NCBI RefSeq assembly: GCF_018350175.1
Contig: NC_058371.1
Coordinates: forward strand, 98,952,001-99,016,000
Length of the DNA stretch: 64,000 nucleotides
Source of the DNA: Felis catus
Taxonomy: Eukaryota
Direction of reading: 5' to 3'
Below are positions 1 to 11,810 of this stretch, one piece after another. Positions within the stretch are counted from its first letter, which is position 1, and each line of letters begins with the position of its first letter. The notes beneath the pieces are model-generated. The model did no database searches and was not told the origin of the DNA. It was given only the letters and a program-made list of their open reading frames with translations. Both the position numbers and the translations under genes were made by a program.

Positions 1-235
1 GTTAAAACTACTGGCTTGGCTCGGTAGTAGTTACCATATATATTAATGATGTGACATTTCACACAAAGTTATCTTTAAGGAGTATTTACTAAATTAATTT
101 AGACTTTTTATTTCACACTGAAAGCTCTAATACATATATGCTAAAATATATTTTATCTCTAGTCTTGTTTTTCCTAGGGGAACGTAAATTCAGTCATCTT
201 GAAATGTTAGTCCTTTTAAAATTAAATCTATAACA

Positions 236-455
236 GGGGCACCTGGGTGGCTCAGTCGGTTAAGCATCTGACTTTGGCTCAGGTCATGATCTCACGGTTC
301 GTGGGTTCCAGCCCCACGTTAGGCTCTGTGCTGACAGCTCAGAGCCTGGAGCCTGCTTCAGATTCTGTGTCTCCCTCTCTCTCTGCCCCTTCCCCACACA
401 GGTTCTATCTCTCTCCGTCTCTCAAAACTAAATAAACATTAAAAAAAATTCTTTT
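236..455 (+). mobile_element. SINEC (feliform CanSINE)
   Basis: GGGGCACCTGGGTGGCTCAG head, CT tract and A-tail; perfect 16-bp TSD aattaaatctataaca (220-235 / 456-471). Confidence 0.95.
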
Positions 456-2775
456 AATTAAATCTATAACATAAAATAGGGAAAAAGTGGATTGCTGCAT
501 TGCCAATTCAAAATTTTGAAGTCATTTTCACTTATTGCAGATTAATTTTACTATAATGTTGAATTCAAAAAAATAATAAAAGCATTTTAGTGAAAATAGT
601 GCTTTATTCTTAGATGGAATGTTAAAATCACGTGATGATATATTTTATTTTCCATTATAAATAAAATATTTAAAAAAGGCATAACTTTCAGTGGTTTAGG
701 CCAGTTATATTTCTCATCAGCCTTGATGTTGGTAAACATTGTGACAATGACATGTAAGACAGAAGTTGTGCTCCAGGCCCTTTTGATCTTTCATTTCCTT
801 AAATTGATTTTAATTGATCTGATAAACTATTGATGATATTAGCCAATTTAGAAATTTCCAGAAACAGCCTTGAAAACAACAGCAACAGCAAGAGCTAAGT
901 GATCAGAGACCTGGGCCGTGTTGCCACTCTAAACCCATGGGTCTTGCGTGGTCACGTGCTTTTCCTGACATGGTGCTCATGGAGGCATTTTCAGTGTGCA
1001 TTTCAGCACTGAAAGAAAGTGCTGTTCTTCACAACACAGGTGCAGGAAGAGACCCAAAAACAAAGACTGTATTCCAGGCCATTCAATAAACTATTGCAGG
1101 GGCTGAATAAAATTCTGAGGTCATGATTTTTACACGTGAACGTGCAGCTCACTACTCACTGTTAATTTTGGAGGGTGTTTACCTTGTCAGTTTGCCTATA
1201 ATCCCTCCCCACATTCACCACAGTGCATGATGTTCTGTCACTTCTGTAGTTCAGTAAAGTAAGTATTAAACTCTATTTCAAGTGAGACTTTCATTCCATT
1301 CATTTCTGATTTGTTTTGCTCCAAGTATTGTTCTTGCTTCAGTGGAAAAGATTTTTAAGCGGAACCAAAGACTAGAAGTTTTCTTATAAAAATCCTATCT
1401 TATTCCAAAATTGGGATTGATTAATCAAAGGAATAATAATTCTCTATCTCACAAAGAACTCTTAGAGAATTAGAATACAGGATCTTGGCATCATGTTCGG
1501 AGGCCTTAACCCTTAGCTATAATGATGGTTATCATTTTTGCTTTTAGCTCTGTTCTCAATTATAGCATTTATATCCTTGAGGACATCTTAAGCTGCTTCA
1601 GAGTTTCTTGAGAAAAGAAAAGTATTCTGTTTTGAGTTACTCAAAGCAATCAGCATATTCCCATATTTGGCACATAGTTGGTTCATAATACTAAAATTCA
1701 TAAAAAGATACTAAATCATGTTGGCTCATCACAGGTGACAAAAAAAAAAGAAAGAAAATTAGATTAGTGTCTTACACTCAGTCTCTAAACTACACTGTAG
1801 GAATGTTATAATTTCGATTAAACCCACATTTTATTTCCTATTCTGAAACAAAAAAATAATCTCATCATTATTAAATGACAAAATAATTCTGGCATGTATC
1901 TCAATCTGTTGGTATTAATTTAAAAATACTGTACTTACTAAATCGTTTACGTATTTCATGCACTAAAAACTTTTACATACTGTTAAAATTTTCAGTACAG
2001 CACAGCCAACGTTAGCGGATAATATTCTGAACAAATATTCGCTATGGTGCAGATATTTAATAGCAAAAAGTTCTGAGATTGTGAGGCAATTTGCAGAAAT
2101 CCAATTATTTCAGATGCAACTCTTTGTACACAAATGAATCTTGTTCTGGACTAGTCCCTTCTGAATTGTTTCACTCTTGGTGACTATTTAAAAGTAGAGG
2201 TTTGTCTTGGCCAGGATAACATGTAAAAATGTGTTTAGAATTTATGCAGCAGAGTGATCAATAAATTAAACACAGGTATGTGTAGCAGAGATATCAGTGT
2301 CATTTTTCCGACCCACCATCCGACCTAGAAAATTTGGGGCTGGGTCCTTGGAGAAAATGAGAGCCAGACATTTTTCCATAATTAGCTTTAATTCATTGCT
2401 GTTCCTAAAACTCTAAGCCTGGTCTAAAGCTAGCCTTGAGTGAGCATACTCTGCTGGGGATGTCCAAACATTTATTGCCTGAAGGCTTAAACCAGGTTCA
2501 TAACAAACTTAATCCCCAAAGACCCAACCTCGTCTAGACTCATTAGGCTCTAGGGAATTTCAAGAACTCTGACAGGTAGGAATGTACTAACATGACCTTA
2601 AAATATCTGCTCTGGCAATTATCCATACTCAGGTTTTTTAAAAGAAAATGATGCTTCTCGTTTGTAGTTCAACTTGCAATACCCCTGTTGACAAGCAGAG
2701 ATTATTCAGGTTGGGCGTAAAAGAGTAAAGAAAGATGAAAATACACTGTGAATGCAAAGTATTTTAAATAAATAT

Positions 2776-2781
2776 TTTAAT
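2776..2781 (-). terminator. Candidate polyadenylation signal ATTAAA
   Basis: Minus strand reads ...ttgtaaatgccaacaatagaATTAAAatatttatttaaaatac, followed by a U/GU-rich tract (cagtgtattttcatctttctttactctttt). UGUA elements lie upstream. Confidence 0.65.
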
Positions 2782-3294
2782 TCTATTGTTGGCATTTACA
2801 AGTAGAAAGCATACAGTATGTTACAAATATCAAAATGTGAAAAATATGAACGTTACATAAGTAACAAATGTAAAAAAAGTATTTTCTTACCTTCCCTGAA
2901 AGTAAGAAAACTTTTCAGCATAGGAAAATATCAGTATCAAAAACACAGCTTAGGTGTAAAAAAAAGTTTTTACACTGTATTCAAAAATGATCTACAAAAT
3001 GACAGAAAGAAAGAAGAGTTGAAATTTGACTTTATATAAATTATAAAAACTGGGTACTTGGGGTAAACTTCAAATGGCTGAAAAGTCCAATCATAGGCTT
3101 TCTTTAGGTCGATTCTTTAAAATTTTAAAAGCATAGAACATTTTTCAATAAATAACTTCTAAAAGTGTCTCTGCAAAGCGCTGCTGAGAACATCATTCCA
3201 CGGTAGGAAGGGAGCAGTGTTCTAAGGATAATAAGCAGTCATTCTGTTCCTATTGGAAGCCTGATGAAAGTCAGAGGACCATAACTGTTCACAA

Positions 3295-3329
3295 AGAGAG
3301 AGAGAGAGCAAGAGAGAGAGAGAGAGAGA
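3295..3329. repeat. (GA)n microsatellite, interrupted, in the 3' UTR
   Basis: Seen directly. Confidence 0.95.
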
Positions 3330-3949
3330 TTCGGAAGTTTTAACACAACTTTGTAAGAAACCTCTAAAGTGCTGAACAAAATGACTTCATTTTAGTACCC
3401 ACTGTCATGTAAAACCTACTCAAATATCAGACATTTCTGAGCAACATCAAATATGGAATCTACAGCTCTGGAAAGTGTTAATACTTAGTCTTTCATTCAA
3501 GAAGAGGAAGGCTCTTTCTACACTTTACAAGGATTGGTTAAACCCCAAGGATCTTGCAATGCAAAACATAAGGATGATAACACAATGGAAACAATACACA
3601 TACCCCACTGTGAAAGCACAAATTCATTTCTGCAATGGCAACGGTATTCATTTCAAAAATCACAAATCAAACATTGGTAAATAAGAAAAAAACTTTCCGA
3701 ACGCTGCATGCCACATGACTAGTTACAAAATACGATGCATGCAGGAAAAGAAATTCAACCAAGCATATTTAAATTAAAGACTTGTTTGGAGTCTGTTTCA
3801 GCAGCATTGTGGTTATTATTTTTTAAAGTTTCCCTCCAACACCAGTCCATACTGGCCTCTTTCGCAAATGGAATACCCCTTCGTCGGCAACCTTATAACG
3901 GTTTGAGTGTTCCTTGTTTTTCTGTTTTTCCAATGCCAGTACATAAAGT

Positions 3950-5814
3950 TCACACATACTGCTCTGATTCCCCATCTTTGGGGACGGGCTTAGCTGTCCC
4001 ATTCTTGCCTTCTTCGTTTGCTGCTGCTTTTTCTGGGAGAGATGCCAAATCTTTAAAAACATCTACATAATGGCCAAAGCCAGGGCCCCAGTTCAAAAGG
4101 TTGTCCCAGTTGAAATTCCCTGCTTGCTGCCCAAGTTTCAAGGGCAGTGTGTTGTCAGCAACCCCTGGTGCTGCTGCCTGTGTGCCCCCAGGTCCTCCCT
4201 CAGCCCTTCGGCCATGGTATCTTCTAGGCTTCAGTCTGGCTCCATAATTATCTTCGTCATCTGCATCAGATTCATTGACTTGAGATAATTTGGGCATCCT
4301 GGAAGTATATACCATTGGCTTTTCCCTGTCATACTCCATCTCTGAGCAAGTGAAAGACTCATGTGAGTCACTATCAGAAGAAGATTCTGGAGCTGGAATG
4401 CCATCTGCTGGGTTCCTTGTTCTGGACAATGGCCTTCTGCAATCCTCTTCTGAAGAAGACCTTCCGTGATCTGCACTGCAGATACTGGGGTTTCTAGGGC
4501 GAGGGGTGTTTAGCCTCTCCACCTCTTCAATCGAGAGTCCTACTGGAGGGGAAGATTCCAAAGGAATCTGCCCAATTGGCTGCTTTAAGCGACTCCCTGG
4601 TCTAGAACCGTGAGAGGTCATGGCCTGAGGACTCTTACTTCTCCTTCCCAGCCTTGTGGCATAGTTGAAAATGCCAGGTTGGCAGGTATCAGCATGCATT
4701 TCCAAAGTATTTCCATCTCTTATAGGAAGATGCAATTCCCTGGCGGGACTGTTCCTATAGAAAGTAGAGGACTTTGAGAAAGGGGCTGGGCTGTGTCGAG
4801 ACAGGGGGTTGGGGGTTGGGCAAGCTGAATGGCTCAGGGAGCTGGTTCTCAAACCCTGACCGTATGAAGGTTGGTAAGTCAAACTGCTTGCTCCTAAGGG
4901 CATGGGGGATTGCCTCGCAAAGCCTAGGGGACTATGCCTCTGGATAGAAAATTTAGGTGTGTGGCTGCGGAACTGCTTGTAGTGTTGGATGATGTCCGCG
5001 TCTGAAGGGGCGATGCTGCTGGCGTTGTCGATGTCGTAATGCTCTATCTCTTGCTCCGGCGAAGCCAAAGGGGCGCTGGGGATGGTTTCTGAGCTGTGGG
5101 GAATATCAGTCTCATCGTAGATGAGGTAGGGGTTTTCCCGCTCAATGATATCTGGCTTAGGGTTCCCCTCAGGCTGCTTCCTCACAGTCATATCGTCCCC
5201 GTAGGGGGGGATATTGTCTGGGTCATCAAAAGCAACGTTCTCGCTTCCCTTCTTCTTCTTCTCCTTCGGTTTCTTCTCCTCTTTGGGGTCTTTTGTCTTC
5301 TTCCCCCTGCACTGGTTACACAGAATCAGGCTCAGGACCAGGAGGGCCAGGACTGTCGCACAGCTGCCCACGATGGCAGGCACAGCCCACAGAGGCAGGG
5401 AGATCTCTTCGGGACCCTGACTCAGAACACAGACATGCCCTCCAGGGCTTCCAGCTTTGCACACTCTCCCCTGAGGACAGAGGACCCCAAGACAAGCCAC
5501 CACCGTCTCACAGGTCCTCCCTGTGTGGGACTCTGGGCAACTACATGTGAAGCCAGAGTGCAGGCCCGGCTCGCAGCTGCCCCCATTCTGGCATGGGTGG
5601 GAGGCACAGTCTCCAGGGGGAACGCACTTGTAGGCATACCACTGATTAATGCACAGTAAGTCGCCCCAGCAGGGGTTGCTGGCACAGATGTTCGGGCCAC
5701 GACAGCCAATCTTCACTGAGGGGTCCGTCTTAGAGATGGAGGCCAAGCTATGCTTCCCACTGAAAGGAAGACTTTCTCCACCGTACAGCATAGAGGCAAT
5801 GCAGCCATCAAAAC
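3950..5814 (-). CDS. FAT4: FAT4 terminal coding exon (exon 17): end of laminin-G 2, EGF-like repeats, transmembrane helix, whole cytoplasmic domain
   Basis: Acceptor ctacag|GTTTTGAT at 5814 (phase 1, G-FDGCIAS-MLYGG...), in frame with ORF 3950..5791. TM segment LWAVPAIVGSCATVLALLVLSLIL, basic stop-transfer stretch, motif FNWDNLLNWGPGFGHYVDVFKDLASLP, C-terminus EQYV-TGA. Confidence 0.98.
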
Positions 5815-6228
5815 CTGTAGGGGGGAGAAGGAGCAGTAAGGCATTTTAGAGAAAATGCTGCATTTAAAACACTGCACCACTGAACTATGGTAAAAAGAAG
5901 CCTCCCAATCACATCACAAGAGCTAAGAAACCACAGTCTCAGAGCCATCAGCCAGTCCAAAGTCAATAACTCTGTGTGTCTTATGACATAACTTAGTAAG
6001 ATATATAAGATTTCCATGACAAAAGTATGAAGAGAATTGCTCAGATACTGCTCTTTCTGAAAATTTATAAATGACTCAGACAGGCTAGATTTTCTTTTAC
6101 TCCCTCTTTTATTAATTTAATTATCTATTTGTCTTATTTTTATAGTATATATATATATCAAGAATTGCATACATAGAAATAAAATGTATTTAAAAAACTT
6201 ATAAAGAACAAAAAAATAAGTTAATAGC

Positions 6229-6446
6229 TTTTTTCTCAATTTTTTAAAATTAAAAAATATTTTTAAAGGGAAAGAAAGACAGTGCAAGCAGAGGAGGGGC
6301 AGAGGCAGAGAGAGAGAGAGAATCCCAAATAGGCTCCATGCCCAATGCAGAGCCTGACATGGAGCTCGATCCCATGACCCTGAGATCATGACCTGAGCCA
6401 AAATCAAGAGTCAGTTGTTTAACCCACTGAGCTGCCCAGGTGCCCC
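6229..6446 (-). mobile_element. Older SINEC
   Basis: Reverse-complement tRNA-derived head ending at tgcccc (6446), (GA) tract and T-rich tail; diverged. Confidence 0.88.
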
Positions 6447-6472
6447 TAGGCTAATAGTTGTAATCATTAGAT

Positions 6473-6706
6473 CATGCATTCTCAATGGAGGTGATACTGC
6501 TCCCAAGGAGTTGAACATAAGTTCTTGAAGAGCAAAGGGAAAATCTTAGGTATTACAATGGTTTGCGGTCATCTAGAGGGCGGCTATAGAGTATAACTGT
6601 GGCATGAACGCTTCATGAGGTGGGACAGGCAGAGTTAGGAAAACATATCTTAAATGGCTCTTTAGAGGGTAGTAATTATTATTATTTCTTAAGGTTGAGA
6701 AACTCT
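6473..6706 (+). mobile_element. hAT-Charlie type MITE (MER112-like; family name tentative)
   Basis: Degenerate TIRs catgcattctcaa...ttgagaaactct; internal aaatcttaggtattacaatggtttg recalled from the consensus. Confidence 0.55.
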
Positions 6707-7099
6707 TTGTTGAACTTGAGTGTGTTAATATTGTTAATGCCCCTGTCCTAGAGCCCAAGAATTGATTTTGACACTAACAAAAGAGTATGATCTACTTCGG
6801 CTTGTTTCTTAAAACATCCAAATGAATTATCATCCATATTCTAAAATAAGCTAAGTATATAAGAACAACTTGTGACCTGAACTTATACTTTTGTGCCTTA
6901 CGTCCATCACCCTCCCCTGCATTTTCCAATTTTCTTCGTATTTGATATATCCTTCCACCTTAGTGACATTTCCATCCCTGATACACTTTTTCCATAAGGT
7001 TCTGTAACATCTGCTTTTGTTCCTACTCTACAGATTGTTTTTCTATGACTTAGTCTCTTTCATGTTTCATTTTCCTCTCATCAACCACTGACTCCTAGA

Positions 7100-8150
7100 G
7101 TTGCTCAAGCTAAGGCTCCAGGCTTTCTTTTTAATCTACCCCTTCATGTTAGGTTATCACATCCATGACCAGTACATCAGTTACTTGCTTGACTCTGCTA
7201 ACTCTTAATATGTATTTCCAGCTGGTGTCCATTCCTGATTATAGCCCATCTATCCAAAAGTCTTTCTCAAAGGTGGTGCAAATGCCAGGTGTCCCAAACC
7301 ACCATTTTGATATTTCCCATAGACAGGCTTCTCTCTCCACTGCTCTGCAGTTTCCTCTTTCAATGGTGCTGCCCTTTTTCTAGTTGACAGGTCAGAAACC
7401 ATCTTGAATTTCACATGATCATCAACAGTTTGATTTACTCTAATTCCTAAAAAAAATTTCTTCCCCATTTACTTCCCTCTAAACTCCTCTGCCACCACAC
7501 TAGTCAGAACTCACATAATACCTTGCCTAGATCACTGCAGTATCATCCCAGCTAATTTATGCAAGCCCACGCTTGTCTCCACCAATGCATTCTCCATGTT
7601 GTAACCTGGAAGATCGTTAATATCGCTACCTGTCTAGTCTTGACACTCCTAACATAAATTTTTTATTGACTTCCCACTGTCCTGAGAGTAAACCCAAAAA
7701 TGCAACATGGTCTAGGAGGCCCTGCTTCATTCTTCAACTTCCTTCATTACCTGATGACATCAGTCTCCAATGTGCTAATAGGTCATGTTCTATGATTTTT
7801 ATCTACTTTTTGTTAAGTTCCTATCAATGTAAATTAATCTTTCATACTCTCCCATCTTCATCGTCACAGTTCATTTTAAGTACCAATAGTCAATTTCCCA
7901 TGGAAATTTCCCTTTCTCATTTTTTGGAAATCTCTTAGAATTCTATATTCCTTCTTCACATCCTTTTTCATATTTTAAAATAATACATCTAGTTGTATAA
8001 TGGTTTGATCAATGTTGCCTTCCTTACTTGGCCATGTTTTGTATGAGGAGAGTAGCTATTTATTTAGCCCACCATTGTACTCCCAATGCCAAGTACAGGG
8101 CTCAGTAATATCTGCCATGTGAATGGACACATGAATGAATGGATAAATAA
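7100..8150 (+). mobile_element. LINE-2 relic (boundaries approximate)
   Basis: Pyrimidine-rich L2-like body ending in tgaatgaatggataaataa. Confidence 0.55.
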
Positions 8151-8260
8151 ATGTTTGGTGGACAAGGGAAGAACCATGGGATGAATTATGAACTTGGTAG
8201 AACAAATGTAAATGACTAAAATAAAGTAAGTGATGACCAATAGTTTATTATAGACTTCTT

Positions 8261-8475
8261 TTTGTTTGTTTTATTTATTTTTGAGAGAAAGAGAGAGAGA
8301 AGGAGAGAGTGAGCATGGGAGGGACAGAGAGAGAGGGAGACACAGAATCTGAATACAGGCTCCAGGCTGTGAGCTGTCAGCATAGAGCCTGACATGGGGC
8401 TTGAACCCACAAACTGCGAGATCATGACCTGAGCCGAAGTCGGACACTTAACCGACTGAGCCACCCAGGTGCCCC
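8261..8475 (-). mobile_element. SINEC
   Basis: Full element with perfect 15-bp TSD tattatagacttctt (8246-8260 / 8476-8490). Confidence 0.95.
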
Positions 8476-8600
8476 TATTATAGACTTCTTAAAGATAGTT
8501 ATAAGAGACTTAGAATAGTCATAATGGGTATTATCAGCAGTCCAACTACTTTTATAGGAATAATTTTACCTTTCCTTTGCTCAACGCAAGCATTTTTTAC

Positions 8601-8862
8601 CTGTGTGGGAATCTCGATGAGCTTGATTGGGTGGAATTCCTCCAAGAGATATAGTGAGTACATCGAGGCCACCAAAATCCTGTGTAGGGTGGATGATATC
8701 TCTGTTATATATTCTGTCGATGGACAGTACTGTGGCTGTTCCATTTTTTCCGATTAGAAAAGTATGCCAGTGGCCATCTGCAACATAAACTTCAGGAATA
8801 TTTCTCTCCACTTTCCCAGCAATTCCTGCATCTGATGTAAAATGTACTTTGCCATTTTTAAT
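8601..8862 (-). CDS. FAT4: FAT4 exon 16 (262 nt), laminin-G 2
   Basis: ttccag|ATTAAAAATGGC ... CACACAG|gtaaaa; IKNGKVHFTSDAGIAGKVERNIPEVYVADGHWH...RDSHT; phase 0 to phase 1. Confidence 0.96.
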
Positions 8863-10870
8863 CTGGAAAATGTATTAAAATAATGTACAATTAAGCTATG
8901 ATGTGCTTGAGTAAAAATAGAATAGAAATGAAATGAAACTTACAATATTGATCAACTGAAAGCTAACAGGCTAGCTGAAGAGTCTGGCTATATCAGAGTA
9001 TACTTACCCATACTTCCCCTACAAATTTAGGTAACATATACCTTCATATTTAATAGTTTTAATAGTTTTCAAGTTGTTATTATATTTATACCTAATTTTT
9101 TAAGATGCCTAAAATTATTTTCTGGAACACAGCTGAGATAATAATGGAGTGAAAACCCATTTCAAGATAAGTAAAATATACCTTTTTGTAATTACTTATA
9201 ATTTAATCACAACGGCAAGTATAGAGAATCAATCAGTTTAGTAAATGGTCCACAGTGATCAAAAAATGTTAAAACTACTTGCAAAAAAAGAAGCATCAAT
9301 GCTTAGGCAAAAATGAAACATAGTTGGAAAAGTAGACAAAAAGAAATTCTTTTATATGTTATCTATTATGCACTGGAATTTTAGAAGAAAACATGCCTAT
9401 TGTTTATATCATTTATTCAGATGAAAAGTATGAGTGAATTCTTAATAATGAGGTGTCTGGGAAAGTCTTCACTTAGACTGCCTTCTACAATTTATCTAAG
9501 GGATATTTGGTTTCTTTGACTTTGCCCAGTAGAACATTGGGTAACAGGATGCTCCTACTCCAGTTTCCAGCTACCAAGTTTCCAGTATTCTGAGGAGACA
9601 CTTTAGAAAATGAAATAATTTATGAGGCAACATGAACATTTGGTTCAGAGAGCATAATCCCATCATGCTGCCAGACAGAGCTGGTGCCTGGGCTGGGGGA
9701 TGAAGTGGCACTGTGTATCAAATGACAGGAATGAATGGATGGATCAGTGATTTTGTCACTCGGATCAGATGCTATTTCTACATGCAACAAACACATCTGG
9801 TAGAACTAAAAGTCAGTTCATTTTTACTCTGTGGAAAATATGCCTAACACATTTACATACGTTACTCATACTGTAAGATTTTATTTAAAGAGTCTCTCTA
9901 GATGGTAATATAATTCAGTACCAAATTCAGATGGGAAAAGAAAAGAGAGTTGTGGTTAAATGACAATAACATTTCATCAAGTGAGCAATGTCTCATGAAA
10001 CACACATTGAAAATAGCAGCCCGTCATTGGTGATACCTAGAGTCCTTTTGGAAAGAAGCCGTGAGAAGAGCCCTCTCCCGGCACTGTGTTTCCCTCCTAC
10101 CTGATCAAACCCTGGAATCCTTCTATTTGACCAAATCTGATGAGAGTCTTTAGAATACACCATAGAGTAGGGTGAACAAGAACCTAAGTGCCCATTGTAA
10201 CATTCCTGATGTTCTGCTTCTCCCCACTAATACTCTATTCAGCTCTTGCATCCTTCCTAACTTCAAAACATCATGCTCACTTTTTATGTTCATTTTTGCT
10301 TGGTTTTATTTATCCATAGATTTATTTATTTATTTATTTATTTATTTATTTTTGATCTAGACCTCCGAATCCCTCATCCCAACTCTGTACAATACATCTA
10401 GCCCCACTTAAAAATAAACACAAACAAACAACAACAACAAAAAAACCCTAAACATCAAGAAAACAGGATTAATTTGGAACAGAAATAGAGTCCGTAATCT
10501 TACATTATTACAGAGCTCTAAATATGGAGATACACAAAATGCCATAAAAGAAGGGAGGTTGGCAGAACACTTTAAATATACCTTCAGCACAGTTAGACAT
10601 GAGTATGCTTCCTTCTGTTTTTCAATCTAATATTCTCTCTACCTAATGCCTTTTTTATCTGAACAGATTCTATCTATTCTACATATTCTCCTCTCTCTTC
10701 ACATTGCTATTGCTACTCACTCTTGACACTCCCCCAAACCATTGGAAATCTCATTTACCCAACTCTCTTTTCTATGTTCAAAATGATCATCTTGATTCCT
10801 GTGTGTGTGAGAGAGAAGAAAGATGGATTGATGCAGAGAATGAAGAACAAAAGAAAGAAAGGAAGAAATA

Positions 10871-10951
10871 AAGGAAGGAAGGAAGGAAGGAAGGAAGGAA
10901 GGAAGGAAGGAAGGGAGGAAGGAAGAAACTGTCAGAAAGAAACTGTCAGAA
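10871..10951. repeat. (GGAA)n microsatellite followed by 14-bp tandem duplication agaaactgtcagaa x2
   Basis: Seen directly. Confidence 0.95.
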
Positions 10952-11810
10952 AGTGAGCCAAAAGAAAGAAGGAAAAAAACCAGGCCCTTACTCACCGATA
11001 AACTAAATGAAAAGTAACAGTTCCTTCTGACTAGCTTCCTAGCCTGTGCAAGTAGATCGTATTCCTGTCATCCGAATAATTTGCCTGCTTCCTTACAATA
11101 GCCATTCTCTTTCCGTCTATTTTGTTCTCTTTATTCACTGGTTTTTTAATCTACTTACTTTACCTGCCAACCCCCTTAATCTCTGAAAAGCTGCTTTTCA
11201 AAATATTCATAGAAAAGAAATGTGCATTTTGGTCTGCATTAGTCATTATTTTTATTCATTAGCATTTACTTTTCCTTCAGGAAAAAAATCTCTTTCTAAG
11301 TGCTTGCTACCAATGTAAGAATATCTGGAGAAGTTGAATGCTGCCGTCCTGTTGGAAATGCAAGATTTTATGGTGACAAAAATGGATCCTGACATTCAGC
11401 TTCTTCCTTAAGGAAAAAAAAAATATTCTCTCTCTGATTTCTTCAACCACATTGTATTTTGTACCTCTTGGCTTAAAGAGATAATGTACAGAAATATTTC
11501 ATATGTCATTTAAATGGCACGAGGACTTGAAAGCAGCTTAACAGATAATGCACAGACCTCAATGTTAAAGCCTCTCAACGCATACAAAAAGTGTTTCTTG
11601 TGGACTGTGAAGCTTTACTTCTTTCTGTACTTCCACTTTCTTTGGTTCTGATACACTTTCCAATACAAATTATAAACACCAAATAAAATCATAATATAAT
11701 GACATAGATGCTTTGTTTTGCAGTAGCTTTATTAATTTTGAACCGGGCTCCTTGGTTGAATATGGAGGTAAACTTATAACGGGAAGATGTTCTTTTGTAC
11801 TAGATTAGAG

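Larger units (their letters stand above)
2757..3949 (-). other. FAT4: FAT4 3' UTR (about 1.2 kb; distal end approximate)
   Basis: AT-rich sequence with no recognisable interspersed repeat, lying between the TGA and the candidate poly(A) signal. Confidence 0.7.

Noticed and set aside
247-435. Family of similar short ORFs MAQSVK...QVMISRFV (also at 8216, 17804, 21612, 35528, 47754)
   Set aside because: These are GTG-start translations of SINEC copies, not a peptide gene family.
3735-5849. Overlapping plus-strand and alternative-frame ORFs (e.g. 5096..5659, 187 aa)
   Set aside because: Shadow ORFs of the GC-rich FAT4 last exon, with no independent motifs or gene structure.
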